The notes beneath the pieces were generated by a model that saw only the letters and a list, made by a program, of their open reading frames with translations, did no database searches and was not told the origin of the DNA. Source: Candidatus Saccharimonadota bacterium (lineage in GTDB: Bacteria > Patescibacteriota > Saccharimonadia > Saccharimonadales > CAIOMD01). Taken from it: a stretch of 62,568 bases of DNA. Of the stretch, positions 56,241 through 62,568 are shown piece after piece. Position 1 is the stretch's first letter; every line of letters starts with the position of its first letter. The position numbers were made by a program, and so were the translations under genes. The stretch lies in NCBI GenBank assembly GCA_017992295.1, contig JAGOOV010000002.1, forward strand, positions 1 through 62,568. The letters are read 5' to 3'.

Positions 56241-57572
56241 TTAATAACCGACCTCTTTGAGCACCTCTTTAGCAACTACCCGTTCATCCCAAGGTACCTT
56301 TTTTCCACCCATGTTGCGATAATCTTCGTGGCCAATGCCTGCCAAAACAACGACATCCCCTGTTTTAGCGTCTAAAAAGGCCTGTTTTATGGCTTCTTTC
56401 CTATTGGCTATTTCTTTACATTTGTCGGCTCCCTTGGCCTTTACAATCCCTTCTTTTACTGCTTGACGTATCAAGTCGCCGTCTTCGGTGTAGGTTTCAT
56501 CGTCAGTCAAGTAGATATTGTCGGCGTATTTTGCCACCACTTCACCCATTATTGGCCGCTTGGCTTTATCTCTGTCGCCAGTAGCTCCAAAGACAATGCT
56601 TACCTTGCCTTTAGCAACTTCTTGCAGCGAAGTTAAAACGACTTTAAGAGCATCCGGTGTAACTGCAAAATCGACTAAAACCGTGAATGGTTGACGGCCG
56701 TTAACTACTTCCATGCGGCCCGGCACGACCGGCACCTTTTCTATCCCGGCTACAATAGATTCCGACTCTATTCCTATTTCGGCTGCCAAAGCAGCTGCCA
56801 TAGAGGCGTTATATACATTAAATTCACCTAGCAATTTGGTCTTTAAGTTAACGGCGATTTTACTACTTACCAGCCTGAACGAAGTGCCATTCGGGGTAAG
56901 CTTGATTCCCTTTATCTGATAGTTGGCATTCAGCTTGCCAACGTCAACCTTGCCTTTTTTAACTTTAGTCGCGAAAAAGTCATACCAATCATCATCGGCA
57001 TTCAATATTACTTTTTGTGGGTTGTACTCTGTTAATAAGCGGGCTTTGGCGGAGGCGTAAGATTCCATTGTGCCATGATAATCCAGATGATCTTGACTTA
57101 AATTGGTCACCAGGGCCAACTCCACCGGCACCCCCAAAGTACGATACTGATCAAGGGCATGGCTGGTCACTTCTAAAATAACCCAATCTACTTTTGCTGC
57201 ATTGGCTTTAGCAAAAAACTTCTGTACCGCCCAGGCGCTAGCCAAGGTCATGTGGGTTTTATTAGCCTCTAGCCGACCGTTAACTTCGATAAAAGCGGTG
57301 GTGTACAGAGCAGTTTTTAAACCACTTTCTTTTAGGATTTCGTTGATATAGGCACAAGTCGTTGTTTTTCCATTGGTACCGGTAACGGCGATAACTTTCA
57401 TTTTTTTAGCGGGGAACCTGTAAATGGCGTTAGCTAACAAGGCTTTCTGTTTTCGATATGTTTTTTCTACCTGCCTAATGGCTGTTTTGGGGATAACCTT
57501 TCTGGCTAATTTTTTAACGCTACTCATACTTTTAATTATAGACGATAATAATAGTTTATTTTTTAACGACAA
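56241..57572 (-). CDS. murE: Mur ligase, MurE-type (UDP-MurNAc-L-Ala-D-Glu : diamino acid ligase), non-canonical specificity motif
   Basis: Motifs VTGTNGKTTT, GDRDKAKRP and GIGHEDY. The start is uncertain (TTG 57572 or ATG 57527). Confidence 0.85.
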   Translation of the reverse strand: MSLKNKLLLSSIIKSMSSVKKLARKVIPKTAIRQVEKTYRKQKALLANAIYRFPAKKMKVIAVTGTNGKTTTCAYINEILKESGLKTALYTTAFIEVNGRLEANKTHMTLASAWAVQKFFAKANAAKVDWVILEVTSHALDQYRTLGVPVELALVTNLSQDHLDYHGTMESYASAKARLLTEYNPQKVILNADDDWYDFFATKVKKGKVDVGKLNANYQIKGIKLTPNGTSFRLVSSKIAVNLKTKLLGEFNVYNASMAAALAAEIGIESESIVAGIEKVPVVPGRMEVVNGRQPFTVLVDFAVTPDALKVVLTSLQEVAKGKVSIVFGATGDRDKAKRPIMGEVVAKYADNIYLTDDETYTEDGDLIRQAVKEGIVKAKGADKCKEIANRKEAIKQAFLDAKTGDVVVLAGIGHEDYRNMGGKKVPWDERVVAKEVLKEVGY

Positions 57573-57622
57573 CCCTCAAGTGGCAAATCATTCACCTGCC
57601 TTTGTGATAAGCTGTATCTGTT

Positions 57623-58747
57623 GTGATAGTTTTGGGTATCGAGACCAGTTGTGATGAAACTGCTGCCGCCGTTGCAAAAGACGGCACTATACTATTGTCC
57701 AGTCAAGTCGCCAGCTCTGTTGATTTACATGTGCAGTACGGCGGAGTTGTACCAGAGATAGCCGCCCGTAGCCATATTGAATCGATTAACGCCGTAGTTA
57801 GTCGGGCGCTGGACGAAGCCGCTGCTCAAGTCTCTCTCGATCAGCATCAGCGTGCTTTAAACGTAACCCAAAACCCCTGGGATTTAATCGATGCCATTGC
57901 GGTTACCAAAGGTCCGGGGCTACTGGGCAGTTTATTAATCGGGGTTATGACCGCCAGAACCTTAGCCATTGCCAAAAACAAACCGCTTTACGGGATCAAT
58001 CACGTGGAAGCCCACGTTTATTCTAATTTTTTAACAACGTCTGATAACGCTAAAGAAATAAATCCAGGCGCTTCATCACACCCTCCCCGTCCTCAATTCC
58101 CTATTTTGTCCCTGATTGTCAGCGGTGGGCATACTCAATTGGTAGTATTTAATAACCATTTCGACTATCGCCTGCTTGGTCAATCGGTTGATGATGCTAT
58201 TGGTGAAGCCTTTGATAAGGCTGCAAAAATCATTGGCCTACCCTACCCCGGCGGACCGAGCATCGCCCAGGCAGCCAAAAAAGGCAATCCCCTCAAATAC
58301 GATCTACCAAAAGCCAAAGTAGAGGGGCCCTATAATTTTTCTTTTTCGGGCTTAAAAACGGCCGTTTTACGCTTGGCGCAAGAGCAAGCCGGCGGCGATT
58401 ATAGAATGCCAAGTTTTGAAATCCCGCCACTGTTAAACAATCAACAAAGATACGATATTGCGGCTAGCTTTCAGCGTGTTGCCATTGAAACTGTAGTAGA
58501 AAAAACCGTAAAAGCCTACCGCATGATTAAACCTAAAACCGTATTAATAGCCGGCGGTGTGGCGGCTAATCAGGAGCTTCGCAGTCAATTGTCATTAGCT
58601 TTACCGGTCGCCATAACTTACGCACCCGCAAACTTGTGTACGGACAACGGCGCCATGATTGCTTCTTTAGGCTGTTTTAAGGCTATGGCCGGCCAACGAC
58701 CCGACGATCCGTACTCATTAGCAGTTAACCCTAGTTTAAAAATGTGA
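57623..58747 (+). CDS. tsaD: tRNA N6-adenosine threonylcarbamoyltransferase TsaD
   Basis: Begins (V)IVLGIETSCDETAAAV and contains the HVEAH metal motif. GTG start. Confidence 0.93.
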   Translation: MIVLGIETSCDETAAAVAKDGTILLSSQVASSVDLHVQYGGVVPEIAARSHIESINAVVSRALDEAAAQVSLDQHQRALNVTQNPWDLIDAIAVTKGPGLLGSLLIGVMTARTLAIAKNKPLYGINHVEAHVYSNFLTTSDNAKEINPGASSHPPRPQFPILSLIVSGGHTQLVVFNNHFDYRLLGQSVDDAIGEAFDKAAKIIGLPYPGGPSIAQAAKKGNPLKYDLPKAKVEGPYNFSFSGLKTAVLRLAQEQAGGDYRMPSFEIPPLLNNQQRYDIAASFQRVAIETVVEKTVKAYRMIKPKTVLIAGGVAANQELRSQLSLALPVAITYAPANLCTDNGAMIASLGCFKAMAGQRPDDPYSLAVNPSLKM

Positions 58748-58927
58748 TTTAACAGGGTAATTATTGCAATCTAAACAAAATAAAGTATCAACTATTGGAG
58801 TTACTTACTTATAATGGTTGATGAGTTAGGTTTTAGAAGTTAAAATGTATTAAACTACATATATTTGAAAAATAGTAAAATAACTTCTTTCACATGAAAA
58901 TAAATTAGCGAAAAGGTCAAGTTTTTG

Positions 58928-61498
58928 ATGAAACTATCTAAATCATACGAGCCAGCTATATACGAAAATGATATTTATTCCCTGTGGGAACAAAGCGGAG
59001 CCTTTAAGCCTTCTAAAAAGACGGCAAGTGATTACTTCAGCTTAGTAGTGCCACCCCCCAACGCCAATGCTCCCCTGCATATCGGCTTTGGGCTAACCAT
59101 GGCCCTAGAAGATATCATGGCCCGATATAACCGCATGCAAGGTAAAAGTACTCTGTTCGTACCCGGAGCCGATCACGCCGGTTTTGAAACTTGGGTAGTT
59201 TACGAAAAAAAGCTTGAAAGAGAAGGCAAGACTCGTTTCGATTTTAGCCGCGAAGAGCTATACTCCCAGGTCTGGGATTTTGTAGCCACTAATCGTGCGG
59301 CCTTCGAAAAACAATTTCGCGATCTTGGGGCCAGTGTCGATTGGGACTCCTTTACCTTTACGCTAGACGATAAAATTGTTAACCGCTCATACCAGACATT
59401 TAAACGCCTTTGGGACGACAAACTGATTTACAGAGGTGAAAGATTAGTAAATTTTTGCACTTTCCACGAAACCGGTTTCGCCGATGTTGAGGTTGAGTAC
59501 CGCGAAGAAGAGGGAACGCTTTGGTATATTAACTACCCACTCACCGACGGTAGCGGCCAATTAACTATCGCAACCACCCGACCGGAGACTATGCTTGGCG
59601 ACACAGCTCTGGCGGTTAACCCCAATGACAACCGATATTCTAAATTCGTGGGCAAAACGGTCAAACTGCCTCTGACCAAACGTGAAATACCGGTTATCGC
59701 CGACGATATGGTAGATATGCGCTTTGGCACAGGGGTGGTAAAAATTACTCCAGCTCACGACTTCAACGATTTTGAAGTCGGAGAGAGACATGATTTGCCA
59801 AAAATTACAGTAATCAGCTATACCGGTAAAATCACCCACGAAGCACCCGAAGCTTATAGAGACCTAACCACTCAAGAAGCTAGACAAAAAATAGTTTTAG
59901 ATCTTAAAGCACTAAACTTACTCGTCAAAGAAGAAAAGCACAAACACAACGTCGGTCATTGTTATAAATGCGGTACGGCAATTGAGCCTCTATTAAGAGA
60001 ACAGTGGTTTATCGACATGCAACCTTTGGCGCAACCGGCTATAAAAGCGCTTAAAGAAAACAAAATCATTTTTTATCCGTCTGCCAAAAAAGAACAGTTG
60101 ATAAATTATCTAAAGGGCTTAAAAGACTGGAATATCAGCCGACAAATCGCTTGGGGTATACCGATCCCGGCTTTTCAGAACATTGACGACCCTGACGATT
60201 GGATTTTTGATACCAGGGTAGGGGAGGAAATGCTCGATTTAGGTGGTAAAACTTATCGTCGGGACCCGGACGTGTTTGACACCTGGTTCAGCAGTAGTTC
60301 GTGGCCTTATTCCACCCTGGATTATCCAGATGCCAACTTTAAAAAATACTATCCCTTAAGTGTCATGGAGACCGGAGGGGAAATACTTTACCCATGGGTT
60401 TCAAGAATGCTTATGTTGGGGCTTTATGTTACCGGTAAGATACCTTTTAAAGCTGTTTATATTCATGGCTACGTAATGGCCGAAGACGGTTCTAAGATGA
60501 GTAAATCGGTTGGTAATGTGGTTAATCTTTCGGAGGTTTTAAGTCACTATGGTTCCGATGCTTTTAGGATGGGGATTATCGCCGGGCGGACTCCTGCCGT
60601 TAACCGTGGCTACAGTCAAACAAAAGTAGAAGCAGCTCGCAATTTTTGCAATAAGCTATGGAACATTGCCAGGTATATCGAAGGCGTTGCCGGCGACGAT
60701 TTAACACCAATCAAACCGCCCAAAAGCCAATCTATGGCTGACGATTGGCTACTGGGTAAAATGCAAGTCTTTGCCACAAAGCTAACCAAAGATTTTGACA
60801 ATTACCGTTTTGCTGAAGCTTATGACAAGTTGTATCATTTCGTCTGGAACGAAGTTGCCGACTGGTATATCGAAGCCAGTAAAGTTAAGCCTAATGTAGA
60901 GTTGTTGGTTTTTACGCTGAAATCGATATTAAAGTACTCTCACCCGTTTGCTCCTTTTGTTACCGAGACTATTTGGCAGACCTTGCACCCCAGCGACAGC
61001 CATTTGCTTATCAACCAAAAGTGGCCAAATATCCCACATCATAACAAGAGTGCTGTCAAGCAATTTGAGCAAATCAAAACTATCGTTAGCGAGGTTAGGT
61101 ATATCGCCACTGCCCTAGATGTTAAGCGGCCGGCTTTGTATTTTAAGGACGAGCCCTTCTTAAGTGCCAATAGCGACCTACTGATTAAACTGGCCCATTT
61201 AAGTAATTGTGCCGAAGTTGAAGATGGCAGAGGTATGCGCCTAACCAGGACCGGCGCCAATTGCTGGCTGGATATTGACTTGGTAACAGCCCAGAAATAC
61301 GTTACCAAGCTGAAGTTTAGTAAGGTCGAAAAAGAGGCCGTAATCGAAAAATTACAAAACAGGTTGGCCAACAAGGAATATATATCGAAAGCTCCACGTG
61401 AGATTGTTAAACAAACCAAGAGCCAGCTTGCCGAAGAACGAGCACTGTTAGCAAAGTTAGAACAAGAAATTAAAAACTTTCAATCAGCCACCAACTAA
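58928..61498 (+). CDS. valS: Valine--tRNA ligase
   Basis: PPPNANAPLHIG (HIGH-type motif), KMSKS, a CP1 editing domain and a C-terminal coiled coil. I prefer ATG 58928 to the track's TTG at 58925. Confidence 0.96.
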   Translation: MKLSKSYEPAIYENDIYSLWEQSGAFKPSKKTASDYFSLVVPPPNANAPLHIGFGLTMALEDIMARYNRMQGKSTLFVPGADHAGFETWVVYEKKLEREGKTRFDFSREELYSQVWDFVATNRAAFEKQFRDLGASVDWDSFTFTLDDKIVNRSYQTFKRLWDDKLIYRGERLVNFCTFHETGFADVEVEYREEEGTLWYINYPLTDGSGQLTIATTRPETMLGDTALAVNPNDNRYSKFVGKTVKLPLTKREIPVIADDMVDMRFGTGVVKITPAHDFNDFEVGERHDLPKITVISYTGKITHEAPEAYRDLTTQEARQKIVLDLKALNLLVKEEKHKHNVGHCYKCGTAIEPLLREQWFIDMQPLAQPAIKALKENKIIFYPSAKKEQLINYLKGLKDWNISRQIAWGIPIPAFQNIDDPDDWIFDTRVGEEMLDLGGKTYRRDPDVFDTWFSSSSWPYSTLDYPDANFKKYYPLSVMETGGEILYPWVSRMLMLGLYVTGKIPFKAVYIHGYVMAEDGSKMSKSVGNVVNLSEVLSHYGSDAFRMGIIAGRTPAVNRGYSQTKVEAARNFCNKLWNIARYIEGVAGDDLTPIKPPKSQSMADDWLLGKMQVFATKLTKDFDNYRFAEAYDKLYHFVWNEVADWYIEASKVKPNVELLVFTLKSILKYSHPFAPFVTETIWQTLHPSDSHLLINQKWPNIPHHNKSAVKQFEQIKTIVSEVRYIATALDVKRPALYFKDEPFLSANSDLLIKLAHLSNCAEVEDGRGMRLTRTGANCWLDIDLVTAQKYVTKLKFSKVEKEAVIEKLQNRLANKEYISKAPREIVKQTKSQLAEERALLAKLEQEIKNFQSATN

Positions 61499-61515
61499 TA
61501 GTCAAGAATAATCGG

Positions 61516-62391
61516 CTAAAACTCTAACATTTGTTTAATTTTAGCTTCGTTGGCTTCCTGATTGTAATCGTCAAACCACATTACCCGCCAGCCCATACGT
61601 TGTGCCGCGATTACATTCGGCCGTTCGTCGTCAATAAGTAGTATTTCGTTCGGTTCTACACCGGCCATTTGAGTGGCTTTTTGAAAGATTGCTTCCTCAG
61701 GTTTAGCTGTTTTTACTTCTGAAGAATCAACCACACTCCAATAATTAACATCAGGCAATATTTTGTTGGCCAGCATCGACCTGGTCATTTCCGGGAAGTT
61801 GTTAGTTAACAGACCGATTTTATAATTCTCGGCAGCCCATTCTACCACCTGCTTCATACTCTCGTTCGGCTCTATGTTGTCTAAATAATACCTCTTCCAA
61901 TCTACTCCTTGGCTACCGATATTTGTTACCAGGATCGAATTAAATTCGGCCATACTCATCTGACCGCGTACTAATTTGTCTTCGTATTGCCAAAATATAT
62001 CTTCAACCCTTTCCGGCGAAACGTTAAAGTCATAAGCAATGCTGGTAAAAGCTCTTTGATAATATCTAACCAATACACCGTTTACGTCGAAGTACACAAA
62101 CTTTATACCGCTTTTAGACGTTTTATAGGCCTTTTGAGGCGTGTTTGAGGCGGTTGCCGTCTCTTTGCCTAGTAAATGGTCAATCGACTGTCCTGTCGCC
62201 TCTGCGATAGCCGAAACGGTAAATACGCTGGGTGTTTTGATAGCCCCACGTTCTATTTTGGCCAACGTTGAATAAGACAACCCGGCCTTAAAACAAAGAT
62301 CCTGTTGGGTCAAACCGGCCTTTTTACGAGCCTTTGCAATAGCCTTGCCCAAGGCCAGTTCTTTTTTGGCAGTGCCCTCCCCGTCGTTCAT
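61516..62391 (-). CDS. Fusion of an XRE-type HTH domain (N-terminal) and a HAD-superfamily hydrolase domain (C-terminal)
   Basis: The HTH reads LGKAIAKARKKAGLTQQDLCFKAGLSYSTLAKIERG. The HAD part has FVYFDVNGVLV (motif I), LLTNN (motif II) and LLIDDERPN (motif IV). I prefer ATG 62391 to the track's TTG at 62397. Confidence 0.8.
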   Translation of the reverse strand: MNDGEGTAKKELALGKAIAKARKKAGLTQQDLCFKAGLSYSTLAKIERGAIKTPSVFTVSAIAEATGQSIDHLLGKETATASNTPQKAYKTSKSGIKFVYFDVNGVLVRYYQRAFTSIAYDFNVSPERVEDIFWQYEDKLVRGQMSMAEFNSILVTNIGSQGVDWKRYYLDNIEPNESMKQVVEWAAENYKIGLLTNNFPEMTRSMLANKILPDVNYWSVVDSSEVKTAKPEEAIFQKATQMAGVEPNEILLIDDERPNVIAAQRMGWRVMWFDDYNQEANEAKIKQMLEF

Positions 62392-62506
62392 TAACAATAT
62401 ATTAGCACGTTACGGCTGGCCTTAAAAAACAAAAACCAACCGTTTATTACTATTAAGTTGCGAGCTTAAGCCTATTAGGCTAAAAATTATAAAACGAAAA
62501 TCTAGC

Positions 62507-62568
62507 TTAAGCGTGATGGTACCGACCGCCACGATTAATATCCATGGCCCTATATAACTGTTCTATCA
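62507..62568 (-). CDS. 3' end of an unidentified gene entering from the right edge
   Basis: The minus-strand frame is open from base 62568 (...IEQLYRAMDINRGGRYHHA*) with stop complement at 62507-62509. It is too short to identify. Confidence 0.3.
   Translation of the reverse strand, partial: IEQLYRAMDINRGGRYHHA

Noticed and set aside
57572-57623. Alternative genetic code (UGA recoding).
   Set aside because: Recognisable proteins terminate at TGA (for example the ABC ATPase at 44585-44587, overlapping the next ATG) as well as at TAA and TAG. No conserved gene is interrupted by in-frame stops.
58748-58927. A T-box or other riboswitch upstream of valS, and similarly upstream of argS.
   Set aside because: The leaders are short, AT-rich and lack a specifier-loop/T-box (AGGGUGGNACCGCG-like) sequence or a terminator/antiterminator pair.
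1-62568. CRISPR arrays, rRNA genes, IS elements, integrases and prophage genes.
   Set aside because: I saw no regularly spaced direct repeats, no rRNA-like conserved stretches, and no transposase, integrase or capsid-like ORFs on either strand.

Overview
This is a 62.6-kb, gene-dense, moderately AT-rich chromosomal segment that uses the standard genetic code (TAA, TAG and TGA all end recognisable proteins). Most of it is housekeeping and information-processing genes: ychF, tlyA, efp, rpsF-ssb-rpsR, ftsK, rnj, udg, pnp, rpsO, truB, rpsT, holA, mutM, dut, polA, rpoD, dnaG, orn, mscL, argS, groES/EL, a PMM/PGM, murE, tsaD and valS. These are interspersed with many small membrane-anchored hypothetical proteins. 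The streamlined layout, the lack of rplI after rpsR, and the Lys-rich tails on S6 and S20 suggest a CPR/Patescibacteria (Saccharibacteria-like) genome, but that is inference only. Two patches look accessory. (1) An AT-rich island (~36.9-43.56 kb) abuts the 3' end of tRNA-Ser(GGA). It carries a tightly coupled restriction-modification operon (RadC/JAB::adenine-MTase fusion, a second D12 adenine MTase, an AlwI-family endonuclease), a large orphan membrane protein, and a decayed HTH fragment. (2) A GC-rich ~1.5-kb block (~54.7-56.2 kb) holds one orphan ORF followed by two hairpin-dense non-coding stretches, each closed by an intrinsic terminator. I could not match these to RNase P, tmRNA or SRP RNA. 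This block is my best candidate for something undescribed. The ORF track omits two ORFs that run off the window edges (1..2550 minus strand; 62507..62568 minus strand). Several track starts are TTG/GTG extensions, and I moved these to better-supported ATGs. No CRISPR array, rRNA, transposase or integrase was seen. All GC statements are by-eye estimates; no database search was possible.
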